Shown: piece after piece, positions 1-9,055 of the stretch
Layout of the letters: every line of letters begins with the position of its first letter
Numbering within the stretch: the first letter of the stretch is position 1
From: a virus
Direction: 5' to 3' (one strand)
Length of the DNA: 64,000 nucleotides
IMG/VR virus record: IMGVR_UViG_3300024352_000023
Coordinates: 1 to 64,000 of that record
The notes under the pieces: model-generated
What the model was told of the DNA's origin: nothing
Seen by the model: only the letters and a program-made list of their open reading frames with translations
Databases searched by the model: none
Made by a program: the position numbers and the translations under genes

Positions 1-2
1 TC

Positions 3-155
3 GGTGGTCCGAACGCCCAGGTGCTCATCAACAACAACGACGACTTCAGCCGTTTCATCATCCTGATCTGGCAACTGTACGCCGGCTTCGAAATCCTGAA
101 CAAGGACTTCGTGACCACCGCGTTCAGCTTCGTGTCTGATGACGGTACTGTCTGA
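3..155 (+). CDS. C-terminal end of probable major capsid protein (partial, runs off window start)
   Basis: Frame reads GGPNAQVLINNNDDFSRFIILIWQLYAGFEILNKDFVTTAFSFVSDDGTV* with strongly C-ending codons. The D-x-x-R...W...G-x-x-IL pattern resembles N4-gp56-like capsid C-termini. Confidence 0.6.
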   Translation, partial: GGPNAQVLINNNDDFSRFIILIWQLYAGFEILNKDFVTTAFSFVSDDGTV

Positions 156-191
156 TAATTAACAAATAAAACACAACATAGGAAAAGATAA

Positions 192-992
192 ATGACCTAT
201 TTGTCCGCTAAAAAGATCTTCCCAGGTAACTGGGCAGAGCCTCTGAACGGTTGGTACAAGAACATTGATACCAACGATGACGGTACCAATAATGCCTCCA
301 AGGGCGGCCCCACTTCTGTGCTGGCCGTCCCCGGCTACCGTTACTTCCAGCAGCGCGGTTACGTTGCTGTTGCCACCGCTTCTGGCGCTGGTGCAGCCGC
401 TACCGGCAATGTGATCGTTCCTTCGCCTTACCGCCAGGACGACACCCGCCCCGACATCACCGGCATGGTGATCTCTGGTAGCGCAACCCTGCCTGCTTAT
501 GTGTATCGCGCCACCATTTCCGTGGCTTCTGGCTGGGGTGACGGCCGCGTTGCTTCCGGTATCTACGCTGCTACCGGCAACGTGATCACCTTCTGCCGCG
601 ATTCCAGCGGTCCTGTGTCTGCTTCCGGCGACGCTGAGGGTGTGGCCCAGGCAAACCTGACCTCCACCACCTCTGGTTCTCAGGCTGGCGAAATCTTCTT
701 CGCTGGTGGTTCGGCTGCTTACAGCACCAACCCCTTCCTGACTGCAACCGGCGCTGCTGGCGTGACCGCTACCAACGTCTACAAGAGCATCACTGGCTCC
801 ACCACCCTGAAAGTGTTCGCCCGTGGTACCACCACCGGCACCAGCACTTCTGGCGGTTGGTACATCTCTAGCGCCGATGCCAACGCTGGCCGCAGCGGCT
901 ACTTCGTTGTGGAAGTCTGCTACGTGCAACCTGACGAAGCTCCTGGCTACGAAGACATCGACGGTTACCTTCTCGGCCGCACTGTTAGCTGA
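192..992 (+). CDS. Virion structural protein (capsid decoration/cement-like)
   Basis: 266 aa, G/A/S/T-rich, directly after the capsid gene with the same high-expression codon bias. Confidence 0.5.
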   Translation: MTYLSAKKIFPGNWAEPLNGWYKNIDTNDDGTNNASKGGPTSVLAVPGYRYFQQRGYVAVATASGAGAAATGNVIVPSPYRQDDTRPDITGMVISGSATLPAYVYRATISVASGWGDGRVASGIYAATGNVITFCRDSSGPVSASGDAEGVAQANLTSTTSGSQAGEIFFAGGSAAYSTNPFLTATGAAGVTATNVYKSITGSTTLKVFARGTTTGTSTSGGWYISSADANAGRSGYFVVEVCYVQPDEAPGYEDIDGYLLGRTVS

Positions 993-1027
993 TTGAGTTA
1001 AACTAGGACCAGTGTAATACTGGTCCT

Positions 1028-1456
1028 ATGACAACCCTTCCGGCAATGCTTTATCAGCATAAAAAAACAGGTGCCCGAGTCAAGGTTGTAAGCGAATGGG
1101 ATAACGGCGATTGGTTTATGGTCGAAGACCAAGACGGTCGCCTTTTCACCGTTTACAAGAATGAAGTTGAACCTGATGAAGCTGCTACCAAGAAGGTGAA
1201 AACCCTTCAGGTAAAAGATAAGGCGGCGCAGGAAGAACCTCGTACTTTTCCCCCAGATCACCGTTTAAACATCAATGGCGCTACCGCCCAAATGATCGCT
1301 GATCATATTAAGGGTATCGGATTGAAAACAGCCCGAGAGATTAAAGATCTTCAGATGTCCTTATCGGGTGAAAGGTTCAACAATCTCGAACAGTTAAGGC
1401 AGATTAAACGTGTTGATTGGGATGCCGTACTGGCAGCTGATTTAATCAGGGTCTAA
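1028..1456 (+). CDS. Helix-hairpin-helix (ComEA-like) DNA-binding protein
   Basis: LNINGATAQMIADHIKGIGLKTAREI...ERFNNLEQLRQIKRV matches the HhH_3/ComEA pattern. Confidence 0.75.
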   Translation: MTTLPAMLYQHKKTGARVKVVSEWDNGDWFMVEDQDGRLFTVYKNEVEPDEAATKKVKTLQVKDKAAQEEPRTFPPDHRLNINGATAQMIADHIKGIGLKTAREIKDLQMSLSGERFNNLEQLRQIKRVDWDAVLAADLIRV

Positions 1457-1475
1457 TACTCATCTCCTTCTAATG

Positions 1476-1500
1476 ACCCTTGGGAAACCAGGGGTTTTTT
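1476..1500 (+). terminator. Rho-independent terminator
   Basis: ACCCTTGG-GAAA-CCAGGGGT stem with GNRA loop followed by a T-run. Confidence 0.75.
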
Positions 1501-1526
1501 AGTCTTAAAATTAAAAATAAAAAGAT

Positions 1527-2234
1527 ATGGCTGGCCCTTCCCTTTACTTAGGACGCATTGGTTCCACTGGAACATCAACGGCACCTCATGCGCATTGGGA
1601 GGTCATGAAAGACGGGAAACGCTTCCCGTTATCTCAGGCACGCTCTGATATTGGTCAATATTTACAATTTCGTTTACCAAACCAAGAGTCTTGGCAATCG
1701 CTGTATTCAAAACAAGGTAATGACTTTGTTCTGAATCCAGCTGCTACTTTAACTAGCCCCATGGGGATGCGCAAACATCCAGTTCATGGTGACATGCGTG
1801 AACACATGGGAGAAGATTATGGTGGCTTTCCAGAAGGTACGCAGCTTCGTTTTCTTGGGCAAGGTTCAGTTGCTACTCATGCCAACCGAGGTGGTGCTGG
1901 TAATGTTTCTAGCCTGCGTACAGGGCCTTATGAACTGCAGACCTTCCACCTGAGTGAATTACCTGGAGCATCCACAACACGGGGTAAAGTTCAGCAAGAT
2001 CAAACTGGAACAACTGCAACAACTGCAGAGGGAGAGGAAGAAGTTACCGGTGACGCTTTTGATGATTTACTAAATTCTTATATTGAGAATCAGTTAATGC
2101 AACAGTTGATTCAACAATCAACAGCAAAGGCGCAATCGCCGTTTGAGAAGTTCTCTCAGCTGTTAACAATGTTCCCAACAGGGGCAATGGCCAATCCTCT
2201 GACGGATCCAAAACAACAGCAGAAGGCCGGTTAA
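1527..2234 (+). CDS. M23-family peptidase, circularly permuted
   Basis: GSTGTSTAPHAHWEV (HxH) lies at the N-terminus and precedes TSPMGMRKHPV...HMGED (HxxxD) and GGAGN...FHLS. Confidence 0.75.
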   Translation: MAGPSLYLGRIGSTGTSTAPHAHWEVMKDGKRFPLSQARSDIGQYLQFRLPNQESWQSLYSKQGNDFVLNPAATLTSPMGMRKHPVHGDMREHMGEDYGGFPEGTQLRFLGQGSVATHANRGGAGNVSSLRTGPYELQTFHLSELPGASTTRGKVQQDQTGTTATTAEGEEEVTGDAFDDLLNSYIENQLMQQLIQQSTAKAQSPFEKFSQLLTMFPTGAMANPLTDPKQQQKAG

Positions 2235-2273
2235 TTCAGGTCCTTTATAATTAAAAACATACGGAAATAAGCG

Positions 2274-2735
2274 GTGCAGTTATCCGACTTTGACAAAAGT
2301 AGGGTCCGGTATCACCTGGGCTACTTCACGGTTTCCGTGCCAGCGGGCGACTATGCCCGTCTGGAAGAAGCAATGAATACGATCCCTGACTCGTACTTCT
2401 ACGACAAGATCGCTATTCAGATTGGTCGTTGTGATACGGCCGAAAAGAAAACCGAAGTAGCAACTTCACCTTCCACCAGGTTAGAGAGCATTGCTGGCGA
2501 CGTTGACCGTACGATCCGGTCGAGTAACGCCAAAGAAGCCCTCAAGGTTTGGGACGAGATTTATCTCTACGAAACCAACCGTTTAGCCGGCATCCTTTAC
2601 GTTCCTAACTACAAGGATCCGTTCCAAGCCAGGTACCGTTACGAACGCTCTGGCGCTGAATTCATCCAGGCACTCCCTGGTCCCGCCGACACAGCTGTTG
2701 GTTCTCGTCTTTATTTACATGAGGTTTGGAGGTAA
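2274..2735 (+). CDS. Putative virion head-completion/neck protein
   Basis: 153 aa, GTG start, TATAAT upstream, located in the structural cluster. Confidence 0.4.
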   Translation: MQLSDFDKSRVRYHLGYFTVSVPAGDYARLEEAMNTIPDSYFYDKIAIQIGRCDTAEKKTEVATSPSTRLESIAGDVDRTIRSSNAKEALKVWDEIYLYETNRLAGILYVPNYKDPFQARYRYERSGAEFIQALPGPADTAVGSRLYLHEVWR

Positions 2736-2737
2736 TT

Positions 2738-3751
2738 ATGCTTCAATTCGTTGGCCCAGCCTTACAAGGCGCTAGTCTCATTGGACGTGTTGGCGTTCCG
2801 CTTCTCCAGCAGGCAGGACTTGCAGCTGGCATGACTGCTATTGGTGCCGGAATTAATGCTTTAACGAATAAACCACAAGCTAAACCTCAGCTCACGGGTA
2901 GGCAAAAATTAGGACAAGCCTGGGGCACTATTCCCGACAGCCTTAATTATCCACAGGGCGGTGGTTTTGGTTACGCAAGGGGAAATAATAAGCGAGCTAC
3001 TCAGCCAAGTTATCAAGATGCACAAGGCAATACTTACGATGCCGTAAGTGGCCGTCTTCTTTACGCTGCTAAACCACGTAGAGGCTCTAGTCCTGTTGGA
3101 ACTAGCGGAGGCTCTCTTGGAGGTGGATCTCCTGCGGCAGAGCGTGAGTTCCAGGCTGAAGTGTCTCGTATTGCTCAGTTGACTGCGCAAGATCCTGAGC
3201 TTCAGCGTTATGAGCGTGCTGCAGCGCTGGCTCGTAAGCCTGGTGCAACTGAACAAGATGTTCAGACTGCAGAAGATATTGGTATGGCAATGTGGGCAAA
3301 GGCCAATCCAAAGCTTGCGGCAAAGGTCAAGCCTGGTCAGTCCGGTTATGAAGTCATTCAAAATGAATTGAATGCCGGTCAGATGGGTCCTGTGACAAAC
3401 TTCCCGTTTGACACGACTCGCCCCCTCAGCCCGACTCCCATTCCTCCTGAGCAGCGTGCAGTGACGTACGAAGGTGTGCGTCCTGTGAGTCTGGAAGGTG
3501 TGACCCCGATCGTTGGCGGTGGTTTCCCAACGGAACAAGCTGCTATGTTTGAGCGATTCCAACAAGCCATCGCTCCAAACAAGCCAACTTTCCAGGGCTC
3601 ACCTCTTGGTACAGCTACACCTTTAGTCGGTAATCTTTCTTACACCGGATCGATTACACCTATTGGTACCGCTGTGGAAGGCGGCGACTTCCGTTCCGAT
3701 AAGGCACGCAAGTTAGCTGAGATGTTTAAGAACGCTCAGTTCTCTAGCTGA
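2738..3751 (+). CDS. Hypothetical protein, probable internal virion/ejection protein
   Basis: G/A/Q/P-rich ORF in the structural cluster. Confidence 0.4.
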   Translation: MLQFVGPALQGASLIGRVGVPLLQQAGLAAGMTAIGAGINALTNKPQAKPQLTGRQKLGQAWGTIPDSLNYPQGGGFGYARGNNKRATQPSYQDAQGNTYDAVSGRLLYAAKPRRGSSPVGTSGGSLGGGSPAAEREFQAEVSRIAQLTAQDPELQRYERAAALARKPGATEQDVQTAEDIGMAMWAKANPKLAAKVKPGQSGYEVIQNELNAGQMGPVTNFPFDTTRPLSPTPIPPEQRAVTYEGVRPVSLEGVTPIVGGGFPTEQAAMFERFQQAIAPNKPTFQGSPLGTATPLVGNLSYTGSITPIGTAVEGGDFRSDKARKLAEMFKNAQFSS

Positions 3752-3759
3752 TCACATCC

Positions 3760-3786
3760 TTGGCATTGCTTTGCATGTAAGTCCAA
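3760..3786 (+). ncRNA. GGC(A/G)...GUAAGUCC internal-loop hairpin, copy A
   Basis: UUGG-C-AUUGC-UUU-GCAU-GUAAGU-CCAA; same loop as copies at 57373, 61363 and 62259. Confidence 0.45.
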
Positions 3787-3840
3787 CCAACTGGACACGA
3801 ATCTTTGATTCACGGGGGCCAGTGTTGTTGCTTTAAAACC

Positions 3841-3957
3841 ATGATTCTTTGCCCTAATTTTGTCAAACGCCTGGCCACTAAACTCAGCGTTGTTGTTGCA
3901 CTGCAAGCTGTCTTTACTCCTGGTCTCCGCGCAGAGTCAAATTGGGTAGGAGAATAA
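3841..3957 (+). CDS. 38-aa signal-peptide-like small ORF (below ORF-track cutoff)
   Basis: MILCPNFVKRLATKLSVVVALQAVFTPGLRAESNWVGE*: basic N-region, hydrophobic core, L-R-A cleavage-like site. Confidence 0.45.
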   Translation: MILCPNFVKRLATKLSVVVALQAVFTPGLRAESNWVGE

Positions 3958-3970
3958 CGAGACAGAAGTC

Positions 3971-4654
3971 ATGGCACCAAGGACCGTACAACAACTCTTT
4001 AATCTCAAACCGGAAGAGCTTAATGCCCTTACGGTTCTTTCGGGTCTGGAAGGTTTCCGGGGCGAAGGAGGACGTGATGTTGCTGCTGTTGCAGCCAACG
4101 TTTTGGCACGTCGATTAAAAGGTAATTGGGGCGGTGTTGACATTCGTAACATCGCAAAAGCACCTGGTCAATACGAAGCTGTTTTCAATTACTCAATGGA
4201 ACAGCTTGCAGACCCAGCGTTTGCAGCTCGTGTATTAGGTGGAGAAGCGGAATTCAAACGCCTCCGCGATATTGTCAACAATCCCAACGTTGTTGGTGAA
4301 GAGTTCAAAAAAGCAAAAGGTGCTCAATCGTTCCGTGGCGTTGCCGCTTACGGAAACAGGAAACCTACTGATTACACACCGGTTCCAGGTAGAAGCAACT
4401 TCTACTTCAATCCCCTGGATCCAACCACATATCAAAAAGGTGTCAACATCTTTGGTGCGACCAACGTCGCTGCCCAACCTCCTGTACAACAAGCAAAGCC
4501 AAAACCCAAGGCTCAAGACCTTGCGGGTCAAAATCCAGCGTTGTTGTCAATGGCACAGCAGTTGTTTGCACCTTTAGTTGCACCTTCCCCTTCCAGTGGT
4601 CCGTTTGATGCTTTCACCAAAGCATTAACTCGCTTTGCCACTTTGGGACAATAA
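3971..4654 (+). CDS. SleB/CwlJ-like cell wall hydrolase (Hydrolase_2), probably virion-associated
   Basis: LEGFRGEGGRDVAAVAANVLARR...APGQYEAV matches the E-x-RGE...AVA-x-V-x-x-R...QF/Y motif. Confidence 0.6.
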   Translation: MAPRTVQQLFNLKPEELNALTVLSGLEGFRGEGGRDVAAVAANVLARRLKGNWGGVDIRNIAKAPGQYEAVFNYSMEQLADPAFAARVLGGEAEFKRLRDIVNNPNVVGEEFKKAKGAQSFRGVAAYGNRKPTDYTPVPGRSNFYFNPLDPTTYQKGVNIFGATNVAAQPPVQQAKPKPKAQDLAGQNPALLSMAQQLFAPLVAPSPSSGPFDAFTKALTRFATLGQ

Positions 4655-5251
4655 ACCAATTTGTTTTGGTTTTATTTGTTTGCAGCCCTTGGAATCATGC
4701 CTTTCTTTTGAAAAGGCTTTTTCCAAGGGCCAGTCATTGTTTAATCTTTTTTGCATAGACTGCGGACTAATGCCTACTTCTTTTGCCCAATCTGCAATAC
4801 ACATTGTTTTTCCTTCGAACGTGTAAAGCCTGGTAGCACGTTTGCCACCTCTATTGCGTGTTTGCTCCTTGTGTGTCGCCCATCGACAGTTTTCTTTGCA
4901 GTAATTTTTATTGTTATCTATTCTTTCTAGCTCCATTTTGGGATCCAATTTTTTACCCATATCTTCAAGGAATAAACTGAAATTTTCCCAACGAGAATCG
5001 TAACTAATGCCACGACCTCCGTAACGGTCATAAGCGTTGTGGTTTTTATTATTGCAACGATTTTTCATTGCATTCCATGAGCTATATTCTGGCGTTCTAT
5101 CTCGATTTCCACCGTGTTTAAATGAGGCACAGTTTTTGGAACAAAAAGTATAACCACGTTTTTTTAAGCGTTTTCGATGCCATGCTGCAGTATTTCCCTT
5201 TCGTTCATAGAACTCGCCACAACAAGAACACTGAAAAGTTGTTTGTGCCAT
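4625..5251 (-). CDS. Free-standing HNH homing endonuclease
   Basis: YSSWNAMKNRC...YGGRGI...FLEDMG...LERIDNNKNYCKENCRWATHKEQ is the classic phage HNH motif; AT-rich and antisense to its neighbours. Confidence 0.85.
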   Translation of the reverse strand: MAQTTFQCSCCGEFYERKGNTAAWHRKRLKKRGYTFCSKNCASFKHGGNRDRTPEYSSWNAMKNRCNNKNHNAYDRYGGRGISYDSRWENFSLFLEDMGKKLDPKMELERIDNNKNYCKENCRWATHKEQTRNRGGKRATRLYTFEGKTMCIADWAKEVGISPQSMQKRLNNDWPLEKAFSKERHDSKGCKQIKPKQIGLLSQSGKAS

Positions 5252-5300
5252 TAGAATAAGGGAAGTTTTCGGAGGCCCCTGTCAATATAGCAGAGACAGG

Positions 5301-6086
5301 GTGTTTAGTCCAATATCTAGTACTGCCACTAACAAGCAGCCACTGCTCGTTGATCGTCCGTTATTTGATTCGGTTCGAGTAACGACCCAGACTGTTGGTA
5401 CGCCGTCTACTTTGTTTGTGCAAGGTGGTCAAGCTCCGTCCATTTTGGTGGACATGGATGCTGCCCTGGAGCTTGATAACAACAATGGTGGTGTGATTGA
5501 TTCCATCACCATTGTCCGTAACGACTATTACCGTGATGCGGACTATGTTGTATCTAGCGGCACTTCTGGGACTGTTATTTCTATTACTAGCGGTCAAGTC
5601 GTATTAGTTTATGACACGGGTGTTGTAACCACTCCTGCTGCTAGTGGATTTGGTTATTACACTTACACTGGTACCACTACTCTGACCGGTGTTAACACCA
5701 AGCTTCTGTACTCTGGTGGTACGTCGAGTGGTTTTGCATACAACGGTGTGAACTATGGCTACCAGCCAGAAGTCACCTTTGTGTTCTACCAGACCCGTGG
5801 TACCACCACTCCGATTCCGGCATCGGGTGATTACAAGGTACTCTTTGCTAAGCAAGTCCCAGCCAATACCCAGCGTGTCGACTGTTCGGACGTGATGCCT
5901 GAGATGGCCGCTCCGATTGTTTCCGCTGGTAACACCACAGGTCTTGGTAACGGCGCTCCTCTACGCAACCGTGGCGTTTACCTGGAACGTGGCGACCGTA
6001 TTTACGTTGGCGTCTTTGCTGATGGTCCCAACACTTCCGGTTATATTCCAGGTGCTCATATTTACGCACAAGGCGGATTCTTCTGA
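5301..6086 (+). CDS. Virion structural protein (tail-associated?)
   Basis: 261 aa, beta-rich T/G composition, structural cluster; start codon uncertain. Confidence 0.45.
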   Translation: MFSPISSTATNKQPLLVDRPLFDSVRVTTQTVGTPSTLFVQGGQAPSILVDMDAALELDNNNGGVIDSITIVRNDYYRDADYVVSSGTSGTVISITSGQVVLVYDTGVVTTPAASGFGYYTYTGTTTLTGVNTKLLYSGGTSSGFAYNGVNYGYQPEVTFVFYQTRGTTTPIPASGDYKVLFAKQVPANTQRVDCSDVMPEMAAPIVSAGNTTGLGNGAPLRNRGVYLERGDRIYVGVFADGPNTSGYIPGAHIYAQGGFF

Positions 6087-6088
6087 TC

Positions 6089-7651
6089 GTGGCCAAAAAG
6101 GGTGGAAGCTCTTTTGGTAATTTCAATCGGGCTGAGGTTTTTGATCCTCGGCCCGTAAAACCAATCACGACCGAGTTTTCAAAAGGTTCGGTTCCTGATT
6201 CGATTTATGCTGTCAACCGCGAGTCGGCCTGGTCCCGCTGGCGCCGTGGTTACGAGATCGCAACAGCTTGTTTCTACGACAACTCATACGATTATCCCTT
6301 CACCTACACTGTGCCGATCCCAGCTGGTACCCCATCGACCGGCGGCAACCAACCGACAATCCCAGGTGTTTTCAAAGGATTCCCGACAAAGAATAAAGAA
6401 TTCGGCATGCACTGGGCTGGCGTACGCGTGGCTGGCAGCCTACGGTTTGATAATGTTCTTGATAGCACTGGGGTGCGTGCTTCTATTTCTTCTGTCACTG
6501 AGGACGCTAATTTCTGGTACGTCAAGCTGACAGGAACTTGGAGTGTTAGTAACCCACTTCCGCCTCCGCTTTACGTAGCGATTCCTGGTGTGCCAGGTGG
6601 ATTAAAAGCAATCAACGGTGAGATCTTGGAGGATCGCATTATTACTCCTGGTGGAACTCCGATTACTAGGGATACGATTGATCCGACAACACAAAAACGA
6701 TACGGATATGTGTCTGCTGTTTTAGCAGATACGGATCCATTTAATGGCATTCTCAAGATCCGTAAAGCCGGTTCTGTTGAAGCAACACCTGACCGTGCAC
6801 TGGTAACACCTGCGACTAGGCCGCCAAACGTCGGTCGTTTCTTCATGACGGGAACACGGTATTGCTGTTCTTGTCAGGACTTCAACCGTAGAGATTACGG
6901 TTTCATGAGTTCGTTGAACAAAGTTTCCGACTCGTTAAAAACCATGTTCCCTCGTACAAATGTGGCTTCCCTTAAGCCGGGTCGCTACGAAGTTATGACA
7001 TTGAAAGGAGTTGTTGATAACAATGCGATGACCAGTGCCACGGAAAACCGTGACATGCGAATTATTTCTCCGGCGCCGCAATATAACGTTCCACCGACTG
7101 TTACACCAACTGTCTCAACCAAACCTGGTGCAGCCAGAGACAATCCCGGTGTTTTCAGGGATTTTGGTGCGATGTATATCCGAGATACATCAGATCCCTC
7201 ATTGCCAGGCTCCAGGGCAGAGGGTATGCCTAGTTACGAGGACTACTCCGCTGCAGGGAATGTCATCACATCACTGACGGATACATGGACCCCACTGCTA
7301 GATGAGATGCGTTACTGCAAACACATCTACGCCATGAAATATGAGGAGGGCGTGTTTCCGCCGGAACCTTCCGATTTTCCAGTCGGCATTGAAAGCATGG
7401 CGGCATGGGAGCAAAAACTGGTGGCAGAAACTGAAAGCGATCAGATTGAAGCAAGGGCTGCCAATCTTCAGAGGCGTTCGTTATCCACCATGGACGTACC
7501 GCCTTACAACTGTCAGGCGCCCATGATGATGCCGATGATGCAAAAACTGTTCAACATTCCATCAACCTTTGTGAAGATGGCTGGGTTTACCATGATCGAT
7601 AAGAACGGGGGCAAGTACATTCCGGCTTCCGGTCAACGACCCGCTGTGTAG
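6089..7651 (+). CDS. Hypothetical protein with split SWIM-like zinc finger
   Basis: RYCCSCQDF and RYCKHIYA are about 150 aa apart. Confidence 0.5.
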   Translation: MAKKGGSSFGNFNRAEVFDPRPVKPITTEFSKGSVPDSIYAVNRESAWSRWRRGYEIATACFYDNSYDYPFTYTVPIPAGTPSTGGNQPTIPGVFKGFPTKNKEFGMHWAGVRVAGSLRFDNVLDSTGVRASISSVTEDANFWYVKLTGTWSVSNPLPPPLYVAIPGVPGGLKAINGEILEDRIITPGGTPITRDTIDPTTQKRYGYVSAVLADTDPFNGILKIRKAGSVEATPDRALVTPATRPPNVGRFFMTGTRYCCSCQDFNRRDYGFMSSLNKVSDSLKTMFPRTNVASLKPGRYEVMTLKGVVDNNAMTSATENRDMRIISPAPQYNVPPTVTPTVSTKPGAARDNPGVFRDFGAMYIRDTSDPSLPGSRAEGMPSYEDYSAAGNVITSLTDTWTPLLDEMRYCKHIYAMKYEEGVFPPEPSDFPVGIESMAAWEQKLVAETESDQIEARAANLQRRSLSTMDVPPYNCQAPMMMPMMQKLFNIPSTFVKMAGFTMIDKNGGKYIPASGQRPAV

Positions 7652-7653
7652 CC

Positions 7654-7875
7654 ATGGCAAATTTTGGTGACGTTGTTGCTACAAACTTTATTTATTCTCA
7701 GGAGCAAATTGATAGCCGTATCTATGGGGATAGTGAAATCTCTTACAGCGGTATCCCAACGGTGTACCACGCTGGAGATGTAGTACATCTGCCCTATGAG
7801 TCGGGCGAGACTTCCACCATGGAAGCCATTGGCCTGGCTTGGGCTGCCTTTGCTAGCGGCATTGGGCCAGAGTAA
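7654..7875 (+). CDS. Hypothetical protein
   Basis: 73-aa ORF tightly coupled to the upstream gene. Confidence 0.5.
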   Translation: MANFGDVVATNFIYSQEQIDSRIYGDSEISYSGIPTVYHAGDVVHLPYESGETSTMEAIGLAWAAFASGIGPE

Positions 7876-7984
7876 ACATAAAGTAAACTTATGGTAATCT
7901 GCAAAAGCAGATTAAGAAAACCTTTACCCCTTGCGACCTGGATACCCCTCTGTTTAGGGTCAGGTTATCCAGTTCATCTCAGCT

Positions 7985-8359
7985 ATGTCTCAATCACCGC
8001 CTGTTGACCAGCGGATTGTGGATGAGTACTTCCAGCTGGCTTCCCATCGCAAAACCAAGGATGTGGCGTGGCTTTACGGCATGGTCGCCACCTATGGCTT
8101 GAATCCTGATGAGTTGTCTGGTTTTGAGTGGGGCGCAGATAATACGATCCACATCCCCTCCAAGAAACGTAACATTCGCCCACTGCATCCCCAGTGGGTT
8201 TTGTTATTTGGTCTCAAAGAAAAGCAGCCCCGCGATCTGCAGGACTGCTGGAGCACCCTCTCGTCATCTATCTATGAGGCAATGGCGTTCCAGGATGTTC
8301 AGTTGAACATAACGGATTTAATCCTTGCCCACAGACTCCGCAAAAACCATTACCGCTAA
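7985..8359 (+). CDS. Degenerate tyrosine-recombinase (integrase) C-terminal-like fragment
   Basis: WLYGMVATYGLNPDEL...RPLHPQW resembles the cyanobacterial integrase box W-x-YGMLATYGLRPHE, with the catalytic Arg replaced by Asn. Confidence 0.5.
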   Translation: MSQSPPVDQRIVDEYFQLASHRKTKDVAWLYGMVATYGLNPDELSGFEWGADNTIHIPSKKRNIRPLHPQWVLLFGLKEKQPRDLQDCWSTLSSSIYEAMAFQDVQLNITDLILAHRLRKNHYR

Positions 8360-8360
8360 C

Positions 8361-8621
8361 TCAAGCAACGGCAGCCATTGTCCCTTGCTTTTGCAGGTGC
8401 TTCCTGACTGCTGGCACATTCCAACGATAGTTATCGCGGGACATACAACCAGGGAAAGCAGCGAAGTGCGGACCCAGCTTCAGGGTGCCATCATCGCGGT
8501 ACTTGAAGAGCGTCTTGCGGTCAAGCCCCAGGAGCTCTTCTGCTTTTTGAACGGATACCCATCCGTTAGCGGTGGTCATGGCGTAGAGAAACGCTTGCCT
8601 TAGTACAGTATCCGATGTCAA
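8361..8621 (-). CDS. Excisionase/MerR-like HTH DNA-binding protein
   Basis: WVSVQKAEELLGLDRKTLFKYRDDGTLKLGPHF...YRWNV. Confidence 0.65.
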   Translation of the reverse strand: MTSDTVLRQAFLYAMTTANGWVSVQKAEELLGLDRKTLFKYRDDGTLKLGPHFAAFPGCMSRDNYRWNVPAVRKHLQKQGTMAAVA

Positions 8622-8716
8622 GAGGGTGTCAACAGCCTTAAGGAAAGTTTTATCTCTTTGTCTTACCTGGGAAATTGTGTAGGGAAATTAGAATAAATTA
8701 ACGGCAATTAAATAGC

Positions 8717-9055
8717 ATGTTTTGCAACGAGCACGAGCCCCTCGCCTTGCTAGTTGAATTAACACCAAAACTTGCGAAAAAGAAATTCAGAGAAAGTATA
8801 TACGAAGCATGGAATCACAAATGCGGTTATTGCGGAGACAAAGCAACAAGCCTGGATCACATCGTTCCACGTTTCAAGTCGGGTTCTTCTAATCGACACA
8901 ACCTTGTTCCTTGCTGTCGGCGTTGTAACGCCCATAAAGGATCAGAGGAAATGAGGAGTTGGTTTCAGAAGCAAGATTTCTTTTCTACTGAAAACCTTGG
9001 TAAGATTGAAGCCTGGGTCCAACAAGAATCAGTCTTTATTTTTGGTGAGTGCTAA
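8717..9055 (+). CDS. HNH endonuclease
   Basis: CGYCG...LDHIVPRFKSGSSNRHNLVPCCRRCNAHK. Confidence 0.85.
   Translation: MFCNEHEPLALLVELTPKLAKKKFRESIYEAWNHKCGYCGDKATSLDHIVPRFKSGSSNRHNLVPCCRRCNAHKGSEEMRSWFQKQDFFSTENLGKIEAWVQQESVFIFGEC

Noticed and set aside
4625-5320. Group I intron around the HNH endonuclease
   Set aside because: The HNH is antisense and fills the gap between two intact ORFs. No P/Q/R/S core or room for one is visible, so it is treated as free-standing.
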